Notes under the pieces: generated by a model
What the model was told of the DNA's origin: nothing
The model's input: the letters and a program-made list of their open reading frames with translations, nothing else
Databases searched by the model: none
Sequence record: SRR31156797_10354
Length of the DNA: 64,000 nucleotides
Direction: 5' to 3' (one strand)
Position numbers and translations under genes: made by a program
Part shown: positions 20,400-31,406 of the stretch, piece by piece
Layout: each line of letters opens with the position of its first letter
How positions within the stretch are numbered: position 1 is the first letter of the stretch

Positions 20400-23043
20400 C
20401 TGACTCCTCGCTTTCTACTGTTTTTTCCCATTCAATAATCAAATTTTCATAAGGTTCTAGCCTATGGTTACCCCGCGCCAGCGCTTCACCTGATAAGCGT
20501 TCGAAACCGGGGAGATGTAAGGTAAAGTCAGCTGTCGTCATCCCTAAGTTACTGATCCAGAGTTGGACATGGGTCGCTGACTCTCGGCGATACTTCATCA
20601 CACCTTCCGAACATTTGATCAACAGGCGCTCTGATTCATAAGGGAAAAGTTCTTTGTGACAAAACGACTGCCATATCAAACTGTCTGGTAAATTGCTAGG
20701 TAGCGCACCTAAATAGATGATCTCTCCTTGAGCCAGTTGTTTCTTAGCTAGTAGCGTTTGGTCATTCCCTCGTCCGATCGTTTCCCAATCTTCTGGGCAA
20801 TGAAAAACTGTGACCAAATGATCCAAAGGTTCTTTTAGGCCGTCATAGGTTAGCTGATAAGTCAGTCCTTTCACCGTAAACTGCTGGATTTGGTCAAACC
20901 CGAGCCATTCTCCTAAACGATCTAAGCCATTCGTCGCTGGCCACGCTAGCTCTTTTGTCCGATCCCCCGTCATCGGGCCTAAAATCAGCTTGCCTCCTGC
21001 TTCAGTAAAGGCGGCAAATTTTTTCAGCAAGGTAGGACTGATCCAACGAACAAATGGGGCAAGAACAACATCATACTCTTCTAACGGACTATTTTCTTGA
21101 ATGATTTCTACACGAATCCCTTGGCGAATCAGACTGCCGTAAAATTCGGTAAACAGGCTGCGATAATCATAAATACCCCCATGATCGATCGTGTAAAAGC
21201 GTTTCGAGTAGTCCGAGTAGATGATGGCTATTTTTGCAGATACATACTTCGTTTCCGCTAAAAGTGGTGCGATCTGTTGTCTTAGTTCGCCAATCCGAAC
21301 TACCTCTTCATACCCACGATCTGGCTCTCCCCAAGCAGTTAACACGGCGCTATGGGGTTGCTCCACACCATAGCGATGTCCACGAAAATGCCAAAAACAG
21401 AAGGATTTCAAATGACCAGCATAGCCAATGAACGCTTCACTTGTGACAAACCCATGAGGACGAGGTGCCGCATAGTTTTCAATATGACCGGCATTGGCGG
21501 TACAAGTTTCTAACAATAACATTTCCTTGTTGCGCGGTTTGACATTCCGCCAACGATCCAAGTTCATGGTATACGCTGGATAGTTGTCTGCCGGTGCATA
21601 CGTATCAAAACCGGCAATATCTAAATCAGCAAATAGCTCATCATTTTGCAAGTTAAACCCAAAAGCGGAGTTATGGGTAATGGGTAACGCGGTCTCCATT
21701 CGGATAAAATGACAAAGATCATGCGCAAACTCATTCAACGTATCGGTGGTAAAGCGGCGAAAGGCATTCATCAGGGAAGAATTATGCAAAAACGGGGTCG
21801 TTAGTGGCAAGACGACATCCTCAAATGCGTCATACCACTCACTCCACACCTTCGTGCCCCAACACTCGTTGAGGTTGGTCACGGATTGATAGTTGTCTTT
21901 TAAATACGTATGCCAACGCGTTTGGCACGTCGTACAGTAACATAGATCGACATGACATTTAAACTCATTGTCCAATTGCAACATAACGACATTTTCATGT
22001 TTTTCGGCAATCTCAGCGATTTTTCTCGTCAAACGATAGGCATAGCGGCGAAAGTCCTCGTTGTTGGTACAGACATGCTGTCTTGAGCCATGATGCATCT
22101 TCGTCCCATCTTGATTAGTGATTAAAGCTTCTGGGTACTGTTTTGTAAACCAGCGGGGCGGAGTTGGCGTTGGAATACATAAGCAAACATCGATGCCATT
22201 TGCTTGGTACTGTTCTAGCGCACGTTCCAACAACGCAAAATCATATTCTCCAGGTTGAGGCTCCAAGTCACGCCACATGAATTCCCCAATTCTAGCAAAA
22301 TTCATGCCCAACGTTTTCATCGTTTGACTATCACTTTGCATGATTTCTTCCGACCAGACTTCTGGATACATGCAGGCGCCGTAATAAATATCAGGAAACA
22401 GTGGTTGCTCATGGAAAAACGCCTGTAAACGAATCGCTACATAGCGAGCGATCATATGCGCCCCGACCTTTGAAAAGTGGGTATCATCTGCGAGACCTGC
22501 AGGATAATTGGGGTGCTCATCCGGTGCTAACCAAACAAAGAGCGCTTTGGAAGCTTCTAGTCCTAATGTGTCATAATAATGATAGGTATAGCGATTTAAA
22601 TCAAACAAATCCACTTCTTCCGTTCGACTAAGTTCTCTTAAGACAGGTAAAAATGCTGACAACGTATGCGCCAGTCGTCCCTCTTCCCCTACACGTCGTT
22701 CAACAGGTGTACACAGGATAGGAATTCCTGCTTTTTCTTTGATTTGACGGATCATGTCTGTCAAATGAGCAATGTACGCCTCCATCGTGACATGATTTTT
22801 CTCTTTTTGGTCATTATGTCCAAATTGCAGTAGGACGACTGTATTCGGTTCGACTTCTTGCAGGAGTTGCTTAAACAACCCTTCTTCGATAAACGAACGA
22901 GTCGTACTGCCGTTTTTCGCAAAATTGTGTACGTCTACTTCTGGGGACAGATAGCTTGGTAAAGCTTGTCCCCAGCCCATCATTGGCTGTTGATCAAGGG
23001 GATAATCCGCCACGGTTGAATCTCCGCCTAGAACGATTTTCAT
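20371..23043 (-). CDS. Fusion of rhamnogalacturonan acetylesterase (SGNH, CE12) and GH42 beta-galactosidase (YesZ-like)
   Basis: N-terminal GDSTVA, QFGHND, DDTHF; C-terminal YPEVW, RIGEFMW, QLDNEF, CYCTTC, LLETC. Confidence 0.87.
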   Translation of the reverse strand: MKIVLGGDSTVADYPLDQQPMMGWGQALPSYLSPEVDVHNFAKNGSTTRSFIEEGLFKQLLQEVEPNTVVLLQFGHNDQKEKNHVTMEAYIAHLTDMIRQIKEKAGIPILCTPVERRVGEEGRLAHTLSAFLPVLRELSRTEEVDLFDLNRYTYHYYDTLGLEASKALFVWLAPDEHPNYPAGLADDTHFSKVGAHMIARYVAIRLQAFFHEQPLFPDIYYGACMYPEVWSEEIMQSDSQTMKTLGMNFARIGEFMWRDLEPQPGEYDFALLERALEQYQANGIDVCLCIPTPTPPRWFTKQYPEALITNQDGTKMHHGSRQHVCTNNEDFRRYAYRLTRKIAEIAEKHENVVMLQLDNEFKCHVDLCYCTTCQTRWHTYLKDNYQSVTNLNECWGTKVWSEWYDAFEDVVLPLTTPFLHNSSLMNAFRRFTTDTLNEFAHDLCHFIRMETALPITHNSAFGFNLQNDELFADLDIAGFDTYAPADNYPAYTMNLDRWRNVKPRNKEMLLLETCTANAGHIENYAAPRPHGFVTSEAFIGYAGHLKSFCFWHFRGHRYGVEQPHSAVLTAWGEPDRGYEEVVRIGELRQQIAPLLAETKYVSAKIAIIYSDYSKRFYTIDHGGIYDYRSLFTEFYGSLIRQGIRVEIIQENSPLEEYDVVLAPFVRWISPTLLKKFAAFTEAGGKLILGPMTGDRTKELAWPATNGLDRLGEWLGFDQIQQFTVKGLTYQLTYDGLKEPLDHLVTVFHCPEDWETIGRGNDQTLLAKKQLAQGEIIYLGALPSNLPDSLIWQSFCHKELFPYESERLLIKCSEGVMKYRRESATHVQLWISNLGMTTADFTLHLPGFERLSGEALARGNHRLEPYENLIIEWEKTVESEESDDSFSHPRA

Positions 23044-23129
23044 TTCTTTTCTTCCTCCATCTATTTACTATCAGATTTCCAACAACTTCGACAAGTCCAC
23101 TGGTTTTCTTGCTGAACATAAGCTGCATT

Positions 23130-23212
23130 AGAAATCGCTTTCTTTTCTATTATACAAAACATTTGCTGACGAAAACATGGAAAAATCAGAGCAAAAGCTG
23201 CGAAAATACGAG
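23130..23212 (-). promoter_or_regulatory. Promoter of the CE12-GH42 operon: cre, -10 TATAAT, 21-bp-spaced direct repeats
   Basis: AGAAAGCGATTTCT at 23130-23143; -10 at 23149-23154; repeats starting 23176 and 23197. Confidence 0.6.
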
Positions 23213-23236
23213 CTTTTCCGCAGCAACCAACAGTGA

Positions 23237-25453
23237 TCAGCTCTGACCTTTTCGATATTGTCCTGGGGTCATTCCCGTGCACTTTTTAAATAAACGATTG
23301 AAGTAACTGGGATTATACCCAAGGTTTTCTGCAATTTCATTGATTTGGTGATCAGTTTCGAGCAACTGCCGTTTTGCTTCTACGATGCGAACATTGGTTA
23401 AATAATCAATAAAGTTGACCTGCTTGGCACGCTTGAACTCCTTACTCAAAAAGATTGGGTCTACTTCGAAACGATCCGCAACGTATTCTAACGAAATTTG
23501 TTCATTGCGAAAATCAGATTGGATGTACTCCGCTACTTTTTGGATCATTTCACTATAAGAATTAGCGACATTTTCTTGCCAGAGGATGGAGACGGGTTTT
23601 AAGAAATGATGGTACAAAAAGGCTTGGATCTGATTGATGTCCAAAAGTCGTTCGATTCGCTCTAACACAACCGTTTTCGATACATAATCCGTTCGTGAGA
23701 CCCCATTTTCATTTAAAAGGTAATCGACTTGATCGTACAGTCGATTGACCACATAGATCACCGCAGCCTGTTGATTGTTTTCTGCCACGACCTGTTCTAA
23801 AAACCGCTGGACACTTCGTTGCAATTCTTCATGATAGCCACTTTTCAGCGCTGTTAAAATCAAATTTTCTTGCGAAAGAGAATACTTCGGCAGCGGGCGC
23901 ATTTTCTCTCCTTGAAGCACTTGATTTTCGGGAATCAACCGTTGCAGATGGATTTGCTTTTTGAGACGTTGGGCAACTTCAGGCAACTTGCGAATCTCTG
24001 TTTCTTGTTGCGAACTAACGATGGTGACATAACGGCAGACGATCAAATTGATTTGCTTGGTGATCATCGTGAAGTAATCTGTCAGTAGCTGCTCTTGATT
24101 GACCACAAAAACCAAAATCCGTCCTTCATTTGAAGAAACAATGGTTGATTCAGGGAAAAACATGGCTGTGACATCCGCTATAATGTTTTCTAAGGCAAAC
24201 AAAATGTGGGTTTCATCTTGTGAATTTGCTTGATTGCTTAATAGATCATTGAGTTGGAAATAAAACAGGCGATACCCTTGGTCACTTAAGCACCAGTTTT
24301 TTTGCTGCAGTAATTGTTGCGATTCTTCCTCCGATAAATAGCCATAATACCCTTCCATCAAATGTTGGATCACTTGTCGCTTCAGCTAATCTTGAAAGCG
24401 TTCCGCCTGATTTTGCAACAATCCTTTTTCCCGACTTAATTGTTGCCAACGGTCCACCAAAAACTCCAGATCGTTTTCTTTTTTCCATTGGGTATTGCCA
24501 AAGAGCTGATCCATCGTTTTTTCAAAAGGTTGGTATTGTTTTTTTGCCAAAAAGAGACTCATGACTGCCACACAAGCAATAAAAAGAATGCTTACGACGA
24601 TCAGCACTCTAGCCAAATGAGTGACTGGCTCGGTAATCAATGCTAAGGGAACGACGGTATAAAACGTCCATATTTGGTTGAGTCGCGTACTGTTTACGGC
24701 GATCATGCTATAATCATTGCCATTGATCGATTCGACCCAGGTTCCTTGATGCTCCTCACTCAGCGGTTGGATAACATTCGCTAAGTTCTGATCGCCAATA
24801 AAACGAAAACTCTCATGATTAAAGGAAATCGCTGCGAGTCCATTTTCAATTTGAGTATCATAAAAATACTTTAACAATGATTGCTCGTCGATCGTTGCAA
24901 CTAAAAAAATTTTAGGCTGATCTTCGCCTTGGCTATCAATGTTTTGTACAAAAATCAATTCATCCTCTTCTTCAATGATCTTCCACTGATACTGCCTACC
25001 ATTATCGATCCGATAGCGTTCAAATGCTGTTTTGGTTTGCTCGAGCGTTAATTCATACGTGCCGCCACTTTCAATCCCAAAGGGCGCCTCTCCGAGCGAA
25101 TAAATACCGATTCGATTGACATAATTGGAGCTATTGGTTAAGTAAAACAATTCTTCCGACAGCTGGATCAACGTCTGATAATTCGTCGTTTCCAATAAAT
25201 CTTCTTGGTAGCGCCTTTGAAACGATTGCCCCCAAACGCTTAAAGTCACTTCCAGCTGCGAGAACTGTTGGTTGATGTTACTAACGATTCCTTCGACTTG
25301 GCGATTGTTTAGTTCTTGATACGATCGTTGTAATGGTCCGATCAAATAGGCATGCAAAAAGATTGCAACGGCTAATAGCGGCACGACGATCCATAGACTG
25401 GCTAGCTGCAGTTTTCGATGAAAACCGCCTGTTTTAAAGTACTTCATTCCCAA
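23237..25453 (-). pseudogene. YesS/YtdP-like membrane-anchored AraC regulator interrupted by an in-frame TAG at 24386-24388
   Basis: ORFs 24386..25453 (two TMs flanking a sensor domain) and 23237..24373 (AraC HTHs) share a frame: ...AERFQD*LKRQVIQHL...; joined length about 738 aa. Confidence 0.85.
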
Positions 25454-25533
25454 ACACCCTTGTAATAGATTTTATGTAACAAATTGTCATGCGAAAAAAC
25501 GCATGACAACCTATCCACAACTATTGAAGTGTA

Positions 25534-26412
25534 TCATCCTTTGACGGATCCAATCAGCATTCCTTTGGCAAAATGTTTTTGCAAAAACGGATAGAAGATC
25601 AAAATTGGTAAAGTCGCCACAATGATGACTGCAAATTTGATTCCTTGTTCAGGCGGCACATAGTTTGGGTCCATACTTGCTAACGCATTGGCACCACTGG
25701 AGGCCATCGTGATCTGTCTTAACAATAACTGAATCGGCCATTTTGCTGAATCGTTGATATAGAGCAATCCACTCATGAAGTCGTTCCAGATACCAACGGC
25801 GTAAAAAAGGGTGAAGGTCGCGATCACTGGTTTTGATAAAGGCAAAATGATTTTCCATAAGATCCCTAGTTCCGTACAGCCGTCCATCTTGGCGGATTCT
25901 TCCAACTCGATCGGCATTTCTTGGAAAAAGTTTTTGATGATCATTAAGTTGAAGGGATTGATCGCGATTGGCAAAATCAATGCCCAATAAGAATTGATCA
26001 GTCCTAAATTTTTCACCACGATAAACGTTGGGATCATCCCACCTGAAAAGAGCATTGCAAAAATCACGAGATTCAACAAGGTGTTCCGTCCTTTTAGGTG
26101 CTTGCGTGATAAAGGATAGGCAAAGGTGAAGGTACAGAAAAGCTGCACCAGCGTGCCAACGATGGTAACGCCGACCGTTACAAGCAAACTACGGATAAAG
26201 GTGTTGGTTGAAAAAATAAAGCGATAGGAGTCGAGACTGATCTCATTTGGCCATAAGAAAAACGAACGTGTGGTCAATTCTAACTCCGTAGCAAATGAAC
26301 CTGCGATCACATAAATAAAAGGAATCACCATGAATAACCCAATCAATGCCAAAAATAGTGCATTAAAAATGTCAAATATTTTCCCTGCCTTCGTATTGTG
26401 TAAAGTATCCAT
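25534..26412 (-). CDS. Carbohydrate ABC permease (LplC/YtcP-like)
   Basis: FSGGMIPTF, ELEESAKMDG, YPFLQKHFAKG. Confidence 0.9.
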   Translation of the reverse strand: MDTLHNTKAGKIFDIFNALFLALIGLFMVIPFIYVIAGSFATELELTTRSFFLWPNEISLDSYRFIFSTNTFIRSLLVTVGVTIVGTLVQLFCTFTFAYPLSRKHLKGRNTLLNLVIFAMLFSGGMIPTFIVVKNLGLINSYWALILPIAINPFNLMIIKNFFQEMPIELEESAKMDGCTELGILWKIILPLSKPVIATFTLFYAVGIWNDFMSGLLYINDSAKWPIQLLLRQITMASSGANALASMDPNYVPPEQGIKFAVIIVATLPILIFYPFLQKHFAKGMLIGSVKG

Positions 26413-26423
26413 CTTTTTCCTCC

Positions 26424-27371
26424 TTAGTATAAGCCGCTTTCGCCAAAGCGTTTCGCTAATTTATTGGTACAAAGTACGAGGATGATCCCAACGATCGATT
26501 TAAATAATCCGACGGCTGTTGAGTAACTGTAAGCGCCATTGGTGATCCCCATCATATACACATACGTATCAAAAACATCTGCTACTGTTCGGTTCAACTG
26601 ATTGGTCATCAAGAAAATCTGATCAAACCCAGTAGACAAAATCGACCCGATCCGCATGATCAGCATAATGATGATCGTCGAACGAATCGCAGGCAAAGTG
26701 ATATGCCACACACGACGAAAACGTCCTGCACCATCCATGATCGCGGCTTCGTATTGTTCCTGATCCACACCTGATAAGGCAGCTAAATAAATAATGGTCC
26801 CCCAACCGATCTCTTTCCAAATCGATTGCATCACGATCATGGGGCGGAACCATTGCGGGTCTGAGAGAAAATCGATTTCCACGCCTGTCAACGAAGCGAT
26901 AAATTGAGTGATCGCTCCATGATCGATGTTGAATAAAATATGCCAAAGACTAACGACGATCGTCCATGAAAGAAAATGCGGTACATAGACGAAGGTTTGA
27001 ATGGTCCGCTGAAACAGCTTGTTGCGTAATTCATTCAGTAACAGTGCCAAAAAGATTGGTGCTGGAAACGAAAAGAAAATGTTTAAAAAGGCAATCATCA
27101 ACGTGTTCCACAAGATTCGAAAGAAATCAGGATTATTGAAGAAATCCATAAAATTTTGTGTTCCTACCCATGGGCTATCTGCGATTCCTAAAAAGGGCAC
27201 ATAATCTTTGAAAGCAATGATCAACCCATACATCGGCGCATAACGAAATACTGCAAAATAGATGATCCCGGGAATCGTCAAAATATAGAGCCATTTATTT
27301 TGTTTAAAATGGTTGAGAAAACTCCCCCATTGCTCTTTCGTTTTCGGCACTTTTTTTATTGTTGTTTCCAT
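26424..27371 (-). CDS. Carbohydrate ABC permease (LplB/YteP-like)
   Basis: YAPMYGLIIAFKDY, PHFLSW, YEAAIMDGA, AVGLFKS. Confidence 0.9.
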   Translation of the reverse strand: METTIKKVPKTKEQWGSFLNHFKQNKWLYILTIPGIIYFAVFRYAPMYGLIIAFKDYVPFLGIADSPWVGTQNFMDFFNNPDFFRILWNTLMIAFLNIFFSFPAPIFLALLLNELRNKLFQRTIQTFVYVPHFLSWTIVVSLWHILFNIDHGAITQFIASLTGVEIDFLSDPQWFRPMIVMQSIWKEIGWGTIIYLAALSGVDQEQYEAAIMDGAGRFRRVWHITLPAIRSTIIIMLIMRIGSILSTGFDQIFLMTNQLNRTVADVFDTYVYMMGITNGAYSYSTAVGLFKSIVGIILVLCTNKLAKRFGESGLY

Positions 27372-29869
27372 TCATTCTCCTCCTCTAATTCCGCTCCAAT
27401 CAGTGCTAAACAACAAATCGTATTTAGCCCCCACTGTGACAACACATTGGTCGATACCCACGGCATTTCTTTTATTTTTTTCCACGTTGTCGCTGCTTCA
27501 ATGGTCGCTTCGATCGGCAATGGAACACCCGATTTGTCATTATCAAGCAATAACTGCCAAGCCCTTTGACTGATTGCTCGATCGTTACGCACTCGCCCAG
27601 CAAAGGCCATCATCGTCGACGCAAACATTGGCCAGGCAAAATGAGGTTCCGTCAGTACCTCGTTTGACTCTTCTGCTTTTATTTCAGGACTCAAGCTATA
27701 AAACCAGCCAAACTCCCCTAACATCTCTGTCCACTCTGGGTCTTCCAGCACTTGAGCAAGTTCTAACCAAACTTGCGGCGCCCCAAAGGAGATGACCATG
27801 TGATAGCCGCCAAAATTCCCTGTTCCCATATAAGATAAGGTTTTGTCTTGTGGATCAAATAACACTGTGGGACCAGACAATAGGCGCTGGGGCATGGCTT
27901 TGATGCAGGTGATGCCGGTGCGAATTCTTTCAAGGTACACAGGATCATTCGTCCGTTCCCACTGGGTAAACCAGTTCGAGACTAGCGCAGCCCAATCTGG
28001 TCCGATGCGAATCGGTATCCGCTTCGTTTCTCGTTCATAAAACTCGCGCATCGGTGGTAACGCATCAAAAGCATAGGTTTCATTGTCTTTGACTTGTTCC
28101 ATAATCTCTCCAATGCGTTCATCCGCTGTCAAATAGTAGTAGTAGCGATGGAGACCCGCCATTGAAATTCGAACTTCTTTGGCTTGGCAACCCCAATGAA
28201 CGACATTATGCCGTGACCCTAATCCTTTGTATTCCCCAGCATGATACTGATCGACTTCTGAAGTATGTCTCGTCATGCTTTCAGCCAGATAGTAGACGCT
28301 TGGATCACCAGTCCGTAAGAAATCTAGCCAAAGCCACATGTTAGGGACCAATTCAGTGTTTTGCCAAGCGTACCCACCAAGATCGTAGCGCCATTGGTGT
28401 CGAAACTGATCATAGGTATGCATGACATCACCATAGTTCCAATAGCCATACCAACTTCTTTGTTGGACTTCTGCTAAATAGAATTGACGCATCTCAGCCA
28501 ATTGTTGCTCCAGCAACTGTTTCGTTTTCGTTGATTCGTCTGGTAAACTGATCTTGCCAAAAACCCTCGTCTCTTGATAACGCTCTGGCAATGAAACGAT
28601 CTGGGCAGGTTCTTGGTTTTCTTGAGCTAAGTCCAGCAACACTTCTTCTGACGGGGCTTCCTCATAAAGATCCAACCAACAACGCGTCGTATTTGCTACG
28701 CCAACTGCCGTCGAACGAATCTCTTCCATTCCTTCGTATCCGCTAAGCACATGATCCCGTTTGGAATAGTGCTGAAAATCCATTGGCTTGGCATTCGGTG
28801 ACCACTGCCACATCGTGATTCGGGTTGCTTTTTGGGTGATGCCTGCCACCTCGATCGCAGATGGTGCTTTTTCCCAAAATTTCTCCATACTGCAAGCAAC
28901 GCCGCCGGTTTCTCCCCCAGCGTAAAAGGTACCTGAATAACGCTCACCATCCCCAATGGGCAACCAACAGTACCCAGGTTCTGTCTGTTTTTCTAATTCA
29001 AATGACCGATGATTGATTTGATTGACCCGAAAATTGTCCCAAATAGCATTTTCCACCGCATGAGACAGCATCGGCTCGTCCGCTGGGGTCAATGAAACGA
29101 GCTGTCCACTGGCTTGTTCTTGATAGGGAATGTTTTGTTGATAGTGTCGCCGTGAAAGTAACAATTGCGCCGCTTCATGATACACAGCATCTGCAATAAA
29201 TTTGACTTGTCGATTCCAATTTTCACCTGTCAACGCATAATCAAATGCTACCCCCATGCCTTCATAAGCAAGTGGTTTGATGATAATGACCGTATGAATG
29301 ATTTCCAATTTGCTGATTTCGCGAAAGATACGGAACCGTAAAATAAACTCTTGCACCACTTCTTGATTGATCTCAATGACGCCCGATACTTTGATAACGG
29401 CTTTTTCTGAACCATTTTCTTCCAACATCAAGTCCGTTACTTTGGACTGCACCTTTTTGTTTTGGTATTGCAGGATTGCGTGAAGATCTTGCAATTTTTT
29501 CTGCCCATTGACCGCTACCCAGTCCAATACATTTTTCCCTTCCCCATGTTTCGGGAAGAAGCCTTTGATCGTACCGTTGTCAAAATAAATACCGTTGTAT
29601 GCTTCCCTAGCAATCGCCTGTTTCTTCTGGACACGCTGTTTTCTTTGAAAAAGTAACTGCGTCGTTTCTGCCACCAGACCACTGTGTCCTGTCCATTTCA
29701 CACTGCCATCTGGCCAGTAAGCCAGTACTTTCGTTTGCAGCGGCTCCTCCCCCAGCAAAAACAGTTCCTCACTTAGAACCTCAGGTTGTAAAGCTCCTTT
29801 TTCCCATGGATACCCAAAACTCAGCCCACGTTTTCCCTTAGGTTTATTTTTGAGCCATTTCAATGCCAT
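27356..29869 (-). CDS. YetA-like protein, putative exo-rhamnogalacturonan lyase (PL26-like)
   Basis: AYWPDGSVKWTGH, WYGYWNYGDVMH, WRYDLGGYAWQNTEL, GLGSRHNVVHWG; start after GAGGAGG. Confidence 0.8.
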   Translation of the reverse strand: MALKWLKNKPKGKRGLSFGYPWEKGALQPEVLSEELFLLGEEPLQTKVLAYWPDGSVKWTGHSGLVAETTQLLFQRKQRVQKKQAIAREAYNGIYFDNGTIKGFFPKHGEGKNVLDWVAVNGQKKLQDLHAILQYQNKKVQSKVTDLMLEENGSEKAVIKVSGVIEINQEVVQEFILRFRIFREISKLEIIHTVIIIKPLAYEGMGVAFDYALTGENWNRQVKFIADAVYHEAAQLLLSRRHYQQNIPYQEQASGQLVSLTPADEPMLSHAVENAIWDNFRVNQINHRSFELEKQTEPGYCWLPIGDGERYSGTFYAGGETGGVACSMEKFWEKAPSAIEVAGITQKATRITMWQWSPNAKPMDFQHYSKRDHVLSGYEGMEEIRSTAVGVANTTRCWLDLYEEAPSEEVLLDLAQENQEPAQIVSLPERYQETRVFGKISLPDESTKTKQLLEQQLAEMRQFYLAEVQQRSWYGYWNYGDVMHTYDQFRHQWRYDLGGYAWQNTELVPNMWLWLDFLRTGDPSVYYLAESMTRHTSEVDQYHAGEYKGLGSRHNVVHWGCQAKEVRISMAGLHRYYYYLTADERIGEIMEQVKDNETYAFDALPPMREFYERETKRIPIRIGPDWAALVSNWFTQWERTNDPVYLERIRTGITCIKAMPQRLLSGPTVLFDPQDKTLSYMGTGNFGGYHMVISFGAPQVWLELAQVLEDPEWTEMLGEFGWFYSLSPEIKAEESNEVLTEPHFAWPMFASTMMAFAGRVRNDRAISQRAWQLLLDNDKSGVPLPIEATIEAATTWKKIKEMPWVSTNVLSQWGLNTICCLALIGAELEEENEWKQQ

Positions 29870-30521
29870 GCTCGATTTCCTCCTCTTCCCTCTCTGCAGG
29901 TTGAACTGCATCGTTTTGTTGCTTTAGCTTTTGTTCATTTTCATCAAATAATTTCAAGTAAATCCCCATTGTGCCAATGATCCACATCCCAATACTTAAA
30001 AATGGCAGGAGACCGGGGAGAAAAAAGCTGATCGTACTACAAATCCCAAACCAAAGGACGCCTAAAAAGGTGCCAATAGGTTGAAAGAAAAGAAAGCGTA
30101 GTGAAGCGCCTAGGTACTTCTTCGTTGGGAGCACATAATATTCGTACATGCTAAGCAATGTATTAATCACAGCGATCGCGACGCATTGGCTAACGATCAA
30201 TAGGATCAAGCCTGTTTGAGTCAATGCCGCTAAAAATCCTTGCTGGATCACTACCATGGGGCACAAATAAAAGAGAATGATCGGTAAGCCCAAGCGATTC
30301 GATCGCCAAAAGTTCCTGCGGTAATACCGAAAGAACGTTTGAAAAAAAGGCGGCGATTCCTGTTTAAGGGTTTTCTTTGCTACGTGGAATCCTGCTTGTA
30401 TGCTAGGCGCCAGTCCAAAGATGATCCCACCTACTAGCGCACCTATAATAACGGTTACATTTATCAGCAAACAATAAAAGACAAAATCTGCTGCTTGATA
30501 TACTTTCTGCCAATTCATCAC
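29844..30521 (-). CDS. YesL/YesV family (DUF624) membrane protein
   Basis: GGIIFGLAPS, FFQTFFRYYRRNF, TM pattern. Confidence 0.75.
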   Translation of the reverse strand: MMNWQKVYQAADFVFYCLLINVTVIIGALVGGIIFGLAPSIQAGFHVAKKTLKQESPPFFQTFFRYYRRNFWRSNRLGLPIILFYLCPMVVIQQGFLAALTQTGLILLIVSQCVAIAVINTLLSMYEYYVLPTKKYLGASLRFLFFQPIGTFLGVLWFGICSTISFFLPGLLPFLSIGMWIIGTMGIYLKLFDENEQKLKQQNDAVQPAEREEEEIEHGIEMAQK

Positions 30522-31186
30522 CGTTCCTCCTCTAAGGAATATACCTTTAAGTCTTTATAGCGGGCCTTCATTGGCGCCATTTGCCGAAATCCGATCGCTC
30601 CTTTGGTTAATATGGGACCAAACTGTTCCTCATCAAGGTACCTTAACACCAATAAGTCGTTGATCCAAAAGGAGATCGTTGCACCTACCTTATCGATTCT
30701 TAGGTGATAAAACCCTCGGGCATCTGCTACACTCGGAAGTGGATCTGCGCCTTGGGCGACCAGATGAAACCCATGGCTTTTGCGCAAATTACACGTTTCA
30801 AACGCCCGTTCCTCCTCATACTTTCTTCGAAAATAAGAAAGGTGGTAAGCATCGATCCCTCCAGAATGATACTCGGGATATGCCCCGGTTCGTTTGGGTA
30901 CTCCAGAATCGAAGATCGAGCCACCCTTGCGATTGGCTGCTGCAAAAAAGAGCATACATAAGCCTGGTTCAGCCAGTGGTTGAAACTGCCAGGTGATTCG
31001 TAGGTCCGCTGGAAATTGTTGAGGCAGCCATAAAACAAAATGTGGTTGTTTGTTTGATTCTTCAGAATACGTATTCGCCAGAATCATCCCGTCTTGGAAA
31101 GTAATCTTGGGCTCTCCTTCAGCAATAAAGTGTTGAATATCTGCTGCTTGATTCAGCGGATTTTCATAGATCAATTTCGCTAACAT
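30518..31186 (-). CDS. YesU family protein (DUF1961)
   Basis: HFVLWLP, EPGLCMLFFAA, HLSYFRRK, CNLRKS, IGFRQMAP. Confidence 0.85.
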   Translation of the reverse strand: MLAKLIYENPLNQAADIQHFIAEGEPKITFQDGMILANTYSEESNKQPHFVLWLPQQFPADLRITWQFQPLAEPGLCMLFFAAANRKGGSIFDSGVPKRTGAYPEYHSGGIDAYHLSYFRRKYEEERAFETCNLRKSHGFHLVAQGADPLPSVADARGFYHLRIDKVGATISFWINDLLVLRYLDEEQFGPILTKGAIGFRQMAPMKARYKDLKVYSLEEER

Positions 31187-31228
31187 TTCTTCTCCTTTTA
31201 TGCGTATATGAGCTGCTTTTCTCTTTTC

Positions 31229-31283
31229 ATAGTAAACTTGACCTACATTTCTAACAATTGACTTTTTTTGAATTCTTTGATAT
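31229..31283 (-). promoter_or_regulatory. Promoter of the yesU-like operon with putative AraC activator site
   Basis: -10 TACTAT at 31229-31234; CAATTGACTTTTTTTG..TTGATAT shared with the promoter at 33027-33082. Confidence 0.55.
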
Positions 31284-31406
31284 CAAGCGTTAGATTAGGG
31301 TTTTCATTTGCTTGTTTCCATTTTTTCTTTTCTGATTTCTCACTACCTGTCTCGTCTCACTTGACTATTACTCCATTTTATTAGCTGAAAAAAATTATTG
31401 AAAAAG

